DNA from: a virus
IMG/VR virus record: IMGVR_UViG_3300028874_000010
Coordinates: 1 to 64,000 of that record
Length of the DNA stretch: 64,000 bases
Direction: 5' to 3' (one strand)
This document shows positions 47,951-58,239 of this stretch, in pieces. Each line of letters begins with the position of its first letter. Position 1 is the stretch's first letter. The position numbers and the translations under genes are program-made. The notes below the pieces were generated by a model that had not been told where the DNA came from, did not search any database, and saw only the letters and a list, made by a program, of their open reading frames with translations.

Positions 47951-48892
47951 TTATACTTCCTTAGCTAACTCCGGAGGAACAGGATACCCCTTACGAACAA
48001 TTCCTTTTTTCACTATCTCTAAAATATCTTTAAGTTTATCTTTAAGAATGAAATCATTGGAATGAATAACTTTCCAAACTTGTTCCCATGTTAGTACTTC
48101 ATTTGGTTTAAATTTAGGTCCGAAAAATTTATCGACTATTTTTTGCGGGTCTGTAGTAATAACTTTCTTATCGGTTGTTTTTGCACCTTTGATTAATTTC
48201 TTTTTACCTTTAATGGTTTGAGTCCCAGACATTAATCCTCTGCCTAAATCAAAGAATAAACGATCCCATGTTGCTGGGACTTCCTCACCGGCATCATTAG
48301 TTCCTGTTTCTTTAACTTTGGTGTCTGCATAGCGTGCACAAGCATAATAGACTTCTTTTGGATACAATGCTTTATACTTACTCTCATCATACGATGGACT
48401 ATAAAATGACCATGCTGCATATTTAAGATCATCAACTGGCATTAAATCAAGTTGAACAATTTTGTCTTCTTGTTTGCCATCAGAGTTTGAAATAGGATAG
48501 GCTACACTGACGACATCAAGGCCAGGAAATGCTTTGACATCAGAGTAATCTTTTCCTATCTTGGTTAAGAATTCAAAGACCTCGGCTTTGTCCTTGAGAT
48601 TATTAGCTTTCATTAAAGCCTTCATTGATATCCCGAAATCAATATCCCCAGAGGATCCTTGTTCTGTTCCATTTTTTTCTGGGTTTCTTTTACCAGTGGA
48701 CCCGAGTAAAACAGTATCAGATTTCTTGAGGCCAAGTTTTGGAAGAAGTTCTGAATAGATAGAGGCTAATGTATCTTTAACATTAAGCTGATTAATCCTA
48801 GAAGAAGTCTTTATTGCGGCACCGCCCTCTAAAAGTTGGCGTCTGGTTGGAGTCTTTACTGACTCTTCTAGGTATTGTTTAAATGTCTTCAT
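47951..48892 (-). CDS. pol-beta-family nucleotidyltransferase, possibly virion-packaged
   Basis: LGSTG...SGDIDF, VQLDLM; N-terminal MKTFKQYLEE. Confidence 0.75.
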   Translation of the reverse strand: MKTFKQYLEESVKTPTRRQLLEGGAAIKTSSRINQLNVKDTLASIYSELLPKLGLKKSDTVLLGSTGKRNPEKNGTEQGSSGDIDFGISMKALMKANNLKDKAEVFEFLTKIGKDYSDVKAFPGLDVVSVAYPISNSDGKQEDKIVQLDLMPVDDLKYAAWSFYSPSYDESKYKALYPKEVYYACARYADTKVKETGTNDAGEEVPATWDRLFFDLGRGLMSGTQTIKGKKKLIKGAKTTDKKVITTDPQKIVDKFFGPKFKPNEVLTWEQVWKVIHSNDFILKDKLKDILEIVKKGIVRKGYPVPPELAKEV

Positions 48893-49329
48893 TAGTCAAG
48901 CGTTTTTGATAGGGTTATTTTTGGTTCGAAATCTTTATACGCATTTTGATACGATTTGAACTTAGGCCCATGACCAACTTTAAGCATCTCTTCATACCCA
49001 GATCGTTCAGCAATGGCTTCATGAACCATCTCATGACCAACGGTTTGCCAGAGATCAAATTTAGAATTAATGTGCTTAGAGAAGCGCAGAACTATTTTGC
49101 CACCTTCATAATCACAGAACCCGAGGATCTGTGCAGCTGGATTCTTTTCAAGATACTCGGTGTCGCTAGGAAAAGCCTTGTGATTTAAGCTATCTTCGAT
49201 GACAAACGTTGGCTCTTCAAGTTCGCCATCATACACGCCTTTGTTGATCGCATGCCAGATGGCTTCGATATCATGTACAGATGGTGTGTACATCTGTTGT
49301 TCTTTCATAAATCCTTTAAAGCTGAGCAT
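48892..49329 (-). CDS. SprT-like zinc metalloprotease
   Basis: HEMVH...HGPKF; N-terminal MLSFKGFMKE; GATAAATA at 49383-49376. Confidence 0.8.
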   Translation of the reverse strand: MLSFKGFMKEQQMYTPSVHDIEAIWHAINKGVYDGELEEPTFVIEDSLNHKAFPSDTEYLEKNPAAQILGFCDYEGGKIVLRFSKHINSKFDLWQTVGHEMVHEAIAERSGYEEMLKVGHGPKFKSYQNAYKDFEPKITLSKTLD

Positions 49330-49392
49330 AATTTGTCCGGATGCGATGATGGACGACCATTGCGTCGTCCATCTGTATTTATCATCGAGTAC

Positions 49393-49755
49393 CTAATGCT
49401 TATGTTTTGTCAGTAATATGGAAGCTTGTCCTGCTTTGAATGCTTTTTTGATCGAACTGATCGGATACGTAGCATGTTCACATGAAGCGATCGATCCGAG
49501 ATGTTTAGCTCGATATTGAGCGAACGTCATGGCCGGTTCGCCTGCGATCATGACACACGGGAGTGCTGCATCAACCAGATCAAGGTCTTCTTGACGGATA
49601 GTGACTTGGAACTCGGTATCACCAGCCATCTTTCCTGCACGCCGATGGATTTCTTCCATGATAGGGTTCCAAGCGATTGGAACAAGCATATAACCTTCAG
49701 GGATTTTTATAGTTATGTTCATTGGGTTACTTTGTGTTAGATGTATACTTTGCAA
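49393..49755 (-). CDS. hypothetical protein
   Basis: IPEGYMLVP phage motif. Confidence 0.5.
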   Translation of the reverse strand: MQSIHLTQSNPMNITIKIPEGYMLVPIAWNPIMEEIHRRAGKMAGDTEFQVTIRQEDLDLVDAALPCVMIAGEPAMTFAQYRAKHLGSIASCEHATYPISSIKKAFKAGQASILLTKHKH

Positions 49756-50143
49756 GACTTATGATTGCATCGACTGTGAACCGATATGTCTTGCCATCAT
49801 TAGCAGACTTAGCCAAGACTGGTGTTTTCCACGCTTTTGCATTCCAGCCAACGATCATGATATCACCAAGAGTCCGATGCTTAAGAGGCTTCTTGATATC
49901 AATATCTTTGAGATAGATTGCTGCATAATCTTCAAGAGCATCAGTGGTTCGTTGTTGACGAACCGTACCTGTTCCGGCGATGGTAACTTCCAGCTTCAAA
50001 GTGCAGGCGGTATCCGTTGCCAATTTACCGCCGTTTATGCGGAGAGCAATTCCGTATTTCTCTCCAATAGCTTTCAGATCTTCATTAAGCAAACTGGTCA
50101 AATTCATCGTCGAAGTACGATCGAGAGAAGTAATCTTGGTCAT
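49727..50143 (-). CDS. hypothetical early protein
   Basis: Promoter-like sequence ~50170-50205; weak similarity to C-terminus of 45122-45757. Confidence 0.6.
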   Translation of the reverse strand: MTKITSLDRTSTMNLTSLLNEDLKAIGEKYGIALRINGGKLATDTACTLKLEVTIAGTGTVRQQRTTDALEDYAAIYLKDIDIKKPLKHRTLGDIMIVGWNAKAWKTPVLAKSANDGKTYRFTVDAIISLAKYTSNTK

Positions 50144-50192
50144 GATTTTGTTTCCTAGCTGGTTGACGTTAGAATCATTTTAACCCAATCTT

Positions 50193-50954
50193 TTAAGTTT
50201 GTACACTATTTTCTTTAAGATTGGCATTATTTATTCTTTCGACCATTTCTTGGATTCGGTCTATTGCTTCAGAGGCTGGTTTAAACATACACACATCAAA
50301 TAATCTAGTATCAATATGACCGCCTCGGTCATATTCTTTATTATTTAAGATAGTGTATGATTTGTTTGGTGAATATCTATTTCCGGCAATATACTTCAAT
50401 GGAACAACTTCACCTGATGTTCCAATTACTATAATGATATCATTTCTGGATTTGCCGAAAGTTGAAAACATTTCTGCATACTTAGGCGCGGGTTCACCGA
50501 AGAATACTACACCCGGTTTCACATCTTCTAGAGAACCGCACCTCAGGCAGGGCATATTTAGTTCATATGGCGAATACCCTACATCCCAAGTATGCTCGCA
50601 GTTTAGACAAGTCATATCTGTAAATTTACCATGGACATGAACTACGTCTTCGCATCCAGCCCGTTCTAGAAAATCGTCAATGTTCTGGGTATAAATCTTG
50701 ACATTGTCTTTACCATATTTCTTTTGGATCTCAGCTATCCCTAAGTGGGCCTTATTAGGACTTAAACTAGGTAACCCTATCCGACGTTCATTATAGAAAT
50801 CAAATACCAAATTCCTATTTTTCTTGAATACATGGATATTACAAACTATGTCTGGATTATATTTCGTCCAAAGCCCATCTTCATTATCACGAAATGTAGA
50901 AATACCAGATTCAGCTGAAAGTCCAGCACCAGTAAAAATAAGAATTTTATTCAT
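50193..50954 (-). CDS. cobB: Sir2/CobB NAD-dependent deacylase
   Basis: TGAGLSAESGISTFR, TQNID, HG, CxxC...CxxC, VIGTSG. Confidence 0.92.
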   Translation of the reverse strand: MNKILIFTGAGLSAESGISTFRDNEDGLWTKYNPDIVCNIHVFKKNRNLVFDFYNERRIGLPSLSPNKAHLGIAEIQKKYGKDNVKIYTQNIDDFLERAGCEDVVHVHGKFTDMTCLNCEHTWDVGYSPYELNMPCLRCGSLEDVKPGVVFFGEPAPKYAEMFSTFGKSRNDIIIVIGTSGEVVPLKYIAGNRYSPNKSYTILNNKEYDRGGHIDTRLFDVCMFKPASEAIDRIQEMVERINNANLKENSVQT

Positions 50955-50965
50955 TATGTTTTAAG

Positions 50966-51157
50966 TTATCCAAACAGAACCTGGGCGCCGCCTGGCGTCT
51001 TAGGGATGATTAGTGGAGGTGTATCACCCTCACTGAGTGGCATGGTCGCTGCGGAGATCCTAGCTTGTTCTGCCGACCCATATGGGCCAATTTCTTGGCC
51101 GCTTGATAACCTAACGAAGAATTGAACTGCTGCTTGATCTGAATTTGTGAGTAACAT
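50966..51157 (-). CDS. small hypothetical protein
   Basis: AGGA SD; CATAAATA upstream. Confidence 0.55.
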   Translation of the reverse strand: MLLTNSDQAAVQFFVRLSSGQEIGPYGSAEQARISAATMPLSEGDTPPLIIPKTPGGAQVLFG

Positions 51158-51193
51158 AAATATATTCCTGTTGATTTAAATATATTTATGTTA

Positions 51194-51228
51194 CAAAAAA
51201 GGCCTCTTTAGATTAGAGGCCTTTTTTT
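51194..51228 (-). terminator. intrinsic terminator
   Basis: AAAAAAGGCCTCT...AGAGGCCTTTTTT. Confidence 0.8.
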
Positions 51229-51230
51229 GT

Positions 51231-51887
51231 TTATTGCGGGTTTTGGATTTCGGTTGGGGTGTAGACGAAAGTTCCAGTATCTTTATCCTTTGTGATCGGC
51301 ATAACAAATCGATCTTTTGGATTTCGGAGTATCGACAAGTAAACATGAACGATACGTTCAGATAGCTCCGAATTTTCTTTACTGCAGGTTTCCATGAGTT
51401 CCTTGACGGTCCACGGTTTGTAGTTCCCATTGGCATCTTTAACACGGAAAGCTGCCGCCATCCGTTGGAGCTTCGAGTCGCGAACTTTCCGGACTTTGGG
51501 GCCTGCGACTACTGGAGGAACTTGGTCAACCGCAGGTTGGATTTCGGCAGATGCAGCAATTTCTTGCTTATCGATCTCCAGAGCGGCTTCTTCGATTTTG
51601 GCTTCTTCAATCTTGTCCAATTGAACAAGAGCTGAAAGATCGAGTGCTTCGAGAGCCGACCAAACTTTCTGCATTGATTCTGTTTTGGAGGTCTTGAACA
51701 AATTCCGGGTTTCGCCGGTGATGGCGTTATATATTGATGTCAATTCGGCGCTCGAAAAATCATAGGCGGCCAAAGTATCAAGCGAAGAAACACAAAAATC
51801 TTTTGGATATTTCTCAGCGGCGATTGTCTGATCTTGGACATACCCGATGACCTTAGTCATATCTGCATCAATAATAAACAATGACAT
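51231..51887 (-). CDS. hypothetical protein with possible C-terminal winged-helix domain
   Basis: AGGAG SD before MSLFIID; WTVKELME...IVHVYLSILR. Confidence 0.65.
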   Translation of the reverse strand: MSLFIIDADMTKVIGYVQDQTIAAEKYPKDFCVSSLDTLAAYDFSSAELTSIYNAITGETRNLFKTSKTESMQKVWSALEALDLSALVQLDKIEEAKIEEAALEIDKQEIAASAEIQPAVDQVPPVVAGPKVRKVRDSKLQRMAAAFRVKDANGNYKPWTVKELMETCSKENSELSERIVHVYLSILRNPKDRFVMPITKDKDTGTFVYTPTEIQNPQ

Positions 51888-52036
51888 TGCAACATCTCCT
51901 GAATAGGTAATCATATTGAACTTAACTCTCACCAAAACTTGGCAGCGACTAAATCCATCCAGTATTTTGAATCATGCCAGTTTATTTAAGTAGGCATGAT
52001 TCTATATTGTTCTTGACTTCACAAGACCATGAGAAC

Positions 52037-52065
52037 ATTATACCAAGATCCTGATAATAGTAAAC
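52037..52065 (-). promoter_or_regulatory. T4-type early promoter
   Basis: GTTTAC-N17-TATAAT. Confidence 0.7.
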
Positions 52066-52088
52066 AGTTTTAACCAAATAGACCAAAT

Positions 52089-53612
52089 TTAGTTATTTTT
52101 GGTCCCGTTGGCAATGTATTCAGTATCCATTTCACCAATGATTGTACTGGGTGACTCGATGACTACATCAAATTCCCAGAGATTAGCAAGATGACCGATA
52201 GTCTCTTTAACCGAGTCATCATCAAGTGGCCTATTCAAATACGGAGTATGAACGATGGTTAGAGTTCGGTCACCAAGAATATCTACATTATCAACTTGAA
52301 GATCCGGAACCCAGTTTGCTCGGTTATAACTTTCAGAAAGTGAATTCCGGACTTTGATATAACCATCATCATTATGGATTGCAGAAATCTCGACAAAATT
52401 CTCTTCTTGAATATCCGTAATAGAAAAGAATTTAAAATCACGAATTACTTTTGGAGACAAAAACTGTGCTATGAATGAATCATCTTTATAATTCTCCATT
52501 GCATCTTTAACAACAGGAAGCCATGGTGTCCCAGCAAACTTTGGAAACCAATGACGGTCTTCTTCTGTAGGGTTTTCACAGATTCGTTTGATATCCATGA
52601 AGATAGCAAACCCGAGTGCATACGGATTAATTCCGCTGAACCAGCGCTTATCAAATTCTGGTTGATACACCACATTGGTATGTGATGCTAAAAATTCTAT
52701 ATATGACCCAGATGAAACAAGACCTTTTTCATATAGCCGTGTCATAATGAAGTAATGCGTGAATGTTGCAAATCCTTCATTTAAGACTTTGGTTGATCCT
52801 TGTGGATAAAAGTACTGAGAGACTTTACGAACAATGCGGATGATTTCACGTTTCCAAGATGGTAAATCTGGTGCATATTTTTCAATGAAGTACAAGATAT
52901 TATCTTCCCGATCTGCTGGGAATTTTTCATCTTTGGCGTTTTCTAACGTGTTATTTTTCGGGACTGTTTTATCCCAGATAGGATTGAAATCAATACGGGC
53001 TTGTTCAAGCCGTTCCATCGCCCGCTTTTCTTCATCACTTGCACTGATAGATGGAGGGCGCTTATATCGATCAATCCCATAATTCATTAATGCATGGCAA
53101 CTATCTAAAAAGGCTTCAACTTCAGCAACCCCATATTTTTCTTCACACTTTGCAATATAGTTCTTGGCAAACAACAAATAATCAATAATTGCTGAAGCAT
53201 CAGTAAATTGTTTGAACATGAAATTGTTCTTGAACACTGCTGAATGTCCAGCCGATGCGTGAGCCATGACCAAACATTGCATAGTCATGTTGTTTTCTTC
53301 CATGAGATATGCGATACATGGATCTGAATTAATCACGATTTCATACGCTAGACCCATTTGGCCATGTTGGTATGATTTATAATTCTTCAGGAATTCTTTT
53401 CCAAACGACCAATGCTTATACATGATTGGAAGACCAGTTGATGCATAGGCATCAATCATTTGCTCGGCTGAAATGACTTCCATTTGAGGCCGATAATAAT
53501 CAAGCTGAAGTTCTTCCTTAGCGATCTTTTCGATTTCAATCCAAGTCTTTTCAAGAAGATCAAAAGACCAATCTTGACCTGGCCCAAACAGCGGTTTATT
53601 TTTCTTAGCCAT
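52089..53612 (-). CDS. ycgB: SpoVR/YcgB family protein
   Basis: HWSFGK, GLAYEIVINSDPCIAYLME, QYFYPQ..TKVLNEG. Confidence 0.93.
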   Translation of the reverse strand: MAKKNKPLFGPGQDWSFDLLEKTWIEIEKIAKEELQLDYYRPQMEVISAEQMIDAYASTGLPIMYKHWSFGKEFLKNYKSYQHGQMGLAYEIVINSDPCIAYLMEENNMTMQCLVMAHASAGHSAVFKNNFMFKQFTDASAIIDYLLFAKNYIAKCEEKYGVAEVEAFLDSCHALMNYGIDRYKRPPSISASDEEKRAMERLEQARIDFNPIWDKTVPKNNTLENAKDEKFPADREDNILYFIEKYAPDLPSWKREIIRIVRKVSQYFYPQGSTKVLNEGFATFTHYFIMTRLYEKGLVSSGSYIEFLASHTNVVYQPEFDKRWFSGINPYALGFAIFMDIKRICENPTEEDRHWFPKFAGTPWLPVVKDAMENYKDDSFIAQFLSPKVIRDFKFFSITDIQEENFVEISAIHNDDGYIKVRNSLSESYNRANWVPDLQVDNVDILGDRTLTIVHTPYLNRPLDDDSVKETIGHLANLWEFDVVIESPSTIIGEMDTEYIANGTKNN

Positions 53613-53811
53613 TATTCTTTCCAATTAACGTGCAAATTTTATTGCACTATCTACTTCATCACCAAAGGCCACTTTATCACAATCCGGATAAAACCACGCG
53701 ATACACCCAGTAGGTAGTTCGATTTTGAATTCATCTATTTTATCAGCTATGAATTCATAACGAGCTAGAATTATTTCTAACTCTTCCTGAGTATATTTTG
53801 TGCTAAGCCTG

Positions 53812-55119
53812 TCATTTAGTTTTCTTTTCAAACAATTTTTTGAACACTGGATAGATCTCAGCATCTTCATAGACATTAGCCATTTGAAAATTCTCAAAAT
53901 CTTTCTTTACATTTTCATAGGTCGTCCAAATATCACTTTGATATCCTGGTGTTGTTCCAACTTGGATGTACCCAAAATATTGGACATAAGGCATAATATC
54001 ATCGCAGAGCAATTCATAGCACGTGCCATTGTCGGTGTCCCAATTATCACCGTCCGAACATTGGCAAATATACACGTTTGTTGAATTATCAGAATAATCA
54101 TCCTTGATAATCTTAGATGCCAAATCCAATGCAGACGAAACCATTGTCCCGCCACTATCTCGAGTATTAAAGAATGTATCTTCATCAACTTCAAAAGCTT
54201 CAGTGGTATGGTAAATAAACCTAAGTGAAACCTTTTCATACTTACGAACTAAAAACATATACAACAAAGCAAAGAATTTTCTAGACAATGTCTTTTCATG
54301 AGGGCCCATAGATCCAGAATTGTCCATAATGCAGATCATCACAGCATTTATTGCTGGGTGTTCAACTGCAACAGTTGAATGATACCTAAGATCCAATGGA
54401 TCAAGAAATGGAACATTTTCCATCTTCACTTTATACCCAGTAATCTTCTTCTGAAGTTCTACTTTACGATTCTGTAATTCTTGATCTTCTTCGGCAGATC
54501 TAACAACAGCTTGAATCAATATAGCTTCAATTTGATTCAATTCATCTTGCGCGGCCTTCAATCGTTTCTTATAAGGGGCACGCTGTGAGATCCTACGTGA
54601 ATGTGAATTTCGGAGTGATTTACTCCGATCCAATTTTGCTGGCGTCCCATTTGTAGTGTGTCCAGCATTATGATGTTTAATTTCAATAACTTCTTTTAGA
54701 CCTTCCTTAACAAGATCTGGAAGCTCCAAATCTTCAAAGAAATATTCCAGAAATTCATCACGTGTAATTTCTACTACAAAGTCATCTTCACCAGACCCAT
54801 CAGGCGAACCCTTCTTGCCAAAGCCACCTCCAGTCTTTGGCGGCTTTCTGAATTTATCACCGGCATTAAAATCTTGGTTACCAGGTCTAACGGCTTCATA
54901 TGTCCCGCCTTCACCATGCCTAAAATTTGGTTCGCTGATACTTTTTTGTGGGATATGGATTACTCCACCATCAGAATCAATATCTTCAATTTTACGAGAA
55001 TTGATAATATCCGGCAAAGATTTTTTAACAGATTCACGAATTCGTTTTAGAAACTTTTGACGGTTATCTAATGACTTTCCCTTACCGTTTGGGCGCCGAT
55101 CTACAATAGAGAAGCTCAT
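53812..55119 (-). CDS. yeaH: YeaH/YhbH (DUF444) vWA protein
   Basis: DRRPNGK, PGN..F..GD, MDNSGSM, SGGTMVSS, SDGDNW. Confidence 0.93.
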   Translation of the reverse strand: MSFSIVDRRPNGKGKSLDNRQKFLKRIRESVKKSLPDIINSRKIEDIDSDGGVIHIPQKSISEPNFRHGEGGTYEAVRPGNQDFNAGDKFRKPPKTGGGFGKKGSPDGSGEDDFVVEITRDEFLEYFFEDLELPDLVKEGLKEVIEIKHHNAGHTTNGTPAKLDRSKSLRNSHSRRISQRAPYKKRLKAAQDELNQIEAILIQAVVRSAEEDQELQNRKVELQKKITGYKVKMENVPFLDPLDLRYHSTVAVEHPAINAVMICIMDNSGSMGPHEKTLSRKFFALLYMFLVRKYEKVSLRFIYHTTEAFEVDEDTFFNTRDSGGTMVSSALDLASKIIKDDYSDNSTNVYICQCSDGDNWDTDNGTCYELLCDDIMPYVQYFGYIQVGTTPGYQSDIWTTYENVKKDFENFQMANVYEDAEIYPVFKKLFEKKTK

Positions 55120-55120
55120 A

Positions 55121-55345
55121 TTATTCTTTTCCTGAAGTAGGAGTTATTTTAATTCTACAAGCAAATAACTGATTGGTGACGTTAGCTGATGGCCCATTAT
55201 TTTCCAAGAGCACAGCTTGTTCACATGTCTGAGCATGAGCTATTGCATCATTTGCTTTGACATTGTAACTCCAAATGAAGAAACCAAGCCCAAGAATAAC
55301 ACTTGCAACCGCTATCCAAAATGCGCACCAAACATTATCTCTCAT
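55121..55345 (-). CDS. small membrane protein
   Basis: N-terminal TM helix. Confidence 0.55.
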   Translation of the reverse strand: MRDNVWCAFWIAVASVILGLGFFIWSYNVKANDAIAHAQTCEQAVLLENNGPSANVTNQLFACRIKITPTSGKE

Positions 55346-55503
55346 AATACTTTCTCATTATCAAATTATATGCGATCTCTAGAAATTAATCTAGAGGCCT
55401 CTTCTCTCTACTTATATTAAATTTTAGGAAAATCTTTATAACATATATCTAAGAAGGTTACTCCGTAATATGGAGTAACCTTCCTCAAATTCTATTGCGA
55501 GAA

Positions 55504-57444
55504 TTACTGATTTTTACGGATACGTAGCCACCATTCAACAAGTAGACGGGTTTGGCGTTGCGTATAACCCTTATCGGCCATCCGCTTGACAAATGATTCA
55601 TGAGCTTCTTGATCCTTCTTTGATCCTTTAGAAGTGAAGCTGATCACTGGTAGAATTTCTTCTGTCCCAGCGAACATTTTCTTTTCAATAACTTGGCGCA
55701 TCTTTTCAAAGTCGTTCCAGGCAGGCATATTGCCTTTATGGCCGGCTTTATGGCGAAGCACAAAGTTAACAACTTCATTCCGGAAATCTTTCGGGTTCAC
55801 AATACCTGCAGGCTTTTCAACTTTTTCTAGCTCAGCATTCAATGTCGAGCGATCAAATTGTTCGCCAGTATCAGCATCACGGAAATCTTCATCGCGGATC
55901 CAGAAATCTGCATATTGGACATATCGATCAAAAATGGTTTGGCCATAATCGCTGTATGAATCCATAAAGGCAATCCGGATTTCCTTTTCAACGAACTCAG
56001 CATACTTGTCGCCAAGTTGGTGCTTAATCAAATTGATCAGGTGTTCTTCACGATCTGATGGAAATTGTTCCTTGACGATTTCATTTTCCAAGACATACAT
56101 CAAGTGAACCGGGTTAGCACCGATTTCTTCAGTATCAAAGTTAAATACCTTTGATAGGATCTTGAATGCAAATCGGGTCGAGATTCCGTCCATGCCTTCA
56201 TTGACACCAGCAACATCCTTATATTCTTGGAGCGGCTTAGCACGTGGATCAACATCTTTGATATTTTCGCCATCATAGACGCGCATCTTGGAATATAGAT
56301 TCGAATTGGCTGGTTCAACCAACCGGGACATGACTGCAAACTTGGCAAGCATTTCAAGAGTTTCTGGTGCAAATGGAGACTTGGCCAATTTACTTTTCGC
56401 CAACATCTTTTTATAGATGCCGACTTCTTCACTAGCACGTAGGCAATATGGAATCTTGACAATGTTAACACGATCCAAGAACGCTTCATTGTTCTTGTTG
56501 TTACGGAAGGTCTTCCATTCACTTTCATTGGAGTGAGCAAGAACAATGCCATCGAAAGGAATACTGGAAATAGAATCTGTTCCGTTGTAATTCTTTTCTT
56601 GAGTTGCTGTCAAGAGTGGATGAAGCATCTTGATTGGGGCTTTGAACATTTCGACAAAGTCCAAGATCCCTTGATTAGCATTACATAGACCACCGGAGAA
56701 GCTATATGAATACGGGTTATCTGCAGCGTATTCTTCTAACATCCGGATATCAGTTTTACCAACCAGTGTCGTAATGTCTTGGTTGTTTTCATCACCAGGT
56801 TCTACTTTAGCAATCGCAATATTATTCAGAATGGAAGGATATTGCTTGATTACAGTCAATGACGAATGATCACCTTTCAGGTCTTCAAGCTTTTGCGCCA
56901 GCCAAGGAGACATTTTGACTCGAAATGCACTTGCCGGAATATCATATTCTTCTTCAAGGGCAGCACTGTGAAGATCGACATCAAAGATGGAAAGAGGATT
57001 ATCATGAATTGGAGAACCTTTGATGAAATAGATTGGTTCCTTTTCCATCAGTTCTTTCAACTTTTCGGCGATCGACGATTTACCACCACCGACGGGTCCG
57101 AGTAGATAAAGAATTTGTTTACTTTCTTCAAGGCCTTGAGCACTATGCCGGAAGTAAGAAACAATTGATTCGATTGCATCTTCCATGCCAAAGAAATCTT
57201 TGAAGGCTGGATAGATTTTGATGATGCGATTTGAAAAAATGCGGCTGAGGCGAGCATCAGTTTTTGTATCAACGAATTCCGGTTCGCCGATTGCCTTGAG
57301 CATACGCTCGGCTGGCGAAGCATAAACCGAAGGATCACTTTTGCAAAGATTCAAATATTCTTGAATCGACATTTCTTCCTGGGTGTTACGCTTAGCGTAA
57401 TCATTGGAAAATCTCGCCAGTACGCCCGAGTGTGCTTTGGACAT
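55504..57444 (-). CDS. prkA: PrkA/YeaG AAA+ serine kinase
   Basis: GPVGGGKS, EPGDENNQDI, FVEMFKAP, NNEAFLDR. Confidence 0.95.
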   Translation of the reverse strand: MSKAHSGVLARFSNDYAKRNTQEEMSIQEYLNLCKSDPSVYASPAERMLKAIGEPEFVDTKTDARLSRIFSNRIIKIYPAFKDFFGMEDAIESIVSYFRHSAQGLEESKQILYLLGPVGGGKSSIAEKLKELMEKEPIYFIKGSPIHDNPLSIFDVDLHSAALEEEYDIPASAFRVKMSPWLAQKLEDLKGDHSSLTVIKQYPSILNNIAIAKVEPGDENNQDITTLVGKTDIRMLEEYAADNPYSYSFSGGLCNANQGILDFVEMFKAPIKMLHPLLTATQEKNYNGTDSISSIPFDGIVLAHSNESEWKTFRNNKNNEAFLDRVNIVKIPYCLRASEEVGIYKKMLAKSKLAKSPFAPETLEMLAKFAVMSRLVEPANSNLYSKMRVYDGENIKDVDPRAKPLQEYKDVAGVNEGMDGISTRFAFKILSKVFNFDTEEIGANPVHLMYVLENEIVKEQFPSDREEHLINLIKHQLGDKYAEFVEKEIRIAFMDSYSDYGQTIFDRYVQYADFWIRDEDFRDADTGEQFDRSTLNAELEKVEKPAGIVNPKDFRNEVVNFVLRHKAGHKGNMPAWNDFEKMRQVIEKKMFAGTEEILPVISFTSKGSKKDQEAHESFVKRMADKGYTQRQTRLLVEWWLRIRKNQ

Positions 57445-57591
57445 TAACAACTCCTATTATTTTCAAAGTTTTGATTGAGAGAAACTACTGGTGAATCTAC
57501 TACTATTATTTTGTGGTTCAGCATAAATACGATTTTTACACACAAGTTTTTTATTGTAAATCAAATTAGACTTGTTATTATGCTTTGCAGC

Positions 57592-58239
57592 TTATTGCAT
57601 ATAATCAAACTTCGATTTTTCTGTATTAAACATTTCCAAAAATCTTTCATACACTATCGAAGAATTCAATGGCATCTCAAATTCTTGTAATTTCAATATT
57701 GAAACTTCTGGCGAATTAGACCAATTTTGTCCTCGCGAGACCATAAAATTATAAGCCTCTATTCTCTGTGCTAATACATCCGCAGCCTTAACAATTTGTT
57801 CTTCTATGTCATTAAGAGGAAGAAGTCCCAATGCTTCTAATATTGCATCTTGAATTTTCTTTTCTATTGTCTTAATGATAGGCCTGAACTCAGGAATCTT
57901 CTTTAGAGGCCCTGAAACATCCCCAGTGTACGCCTCACTGGCATCGTGAGTTAACCCTATTAGTTTCCATCTCGCGACTTCAGGCGGCGTTAGAACGTAT
58001 CCTTGAAACTGGTCTTGGTAATATTTGGCGGCTAGGTTAGCCGATTCATTGGCAACAACAATTGAATGTTGTGCTACGCTATATGGGATGGTGTTGATTG
58101 TATGGCCATTGAATCTAGCTAGGCGGGATAATGACCAAGCGATATCAATAAGGCAAATGTCGCTTGGGTTTGGATCAACCAGGTTGATAAACCGACCTGT
58201 GATGGTTTCTAGTGTTGTTTGGTTATTTGGGCTTGCCAT
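57592..58239 (-). CDS. HD-domain 5'-deoxynucleotidase-like protein (YfbR/YfdR-like)
   Basis: RFNGHT, YSVAQHS, HDASEAYTGD. Confidence 0.85.
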   Translation of the reverse strand: MASPNNQTTLETITGRFINLVDPNPSDICLIDIAWSLSRLARFNGHTINTIPYSVAQHSIVVANESANLAAKYYQDQFQGYVLTPPEVARWKLIGLTHDASEAYTGDVSGPLKKIPEFRPIIKTIEKKIQDAILEALGLLPLNDIEEQIVKAADVLAQRIEAYNFMVSRGQNWSNSPEVSILKLQEFEMPLNSSIVYERFLEMFNTEKSKFDYMQ

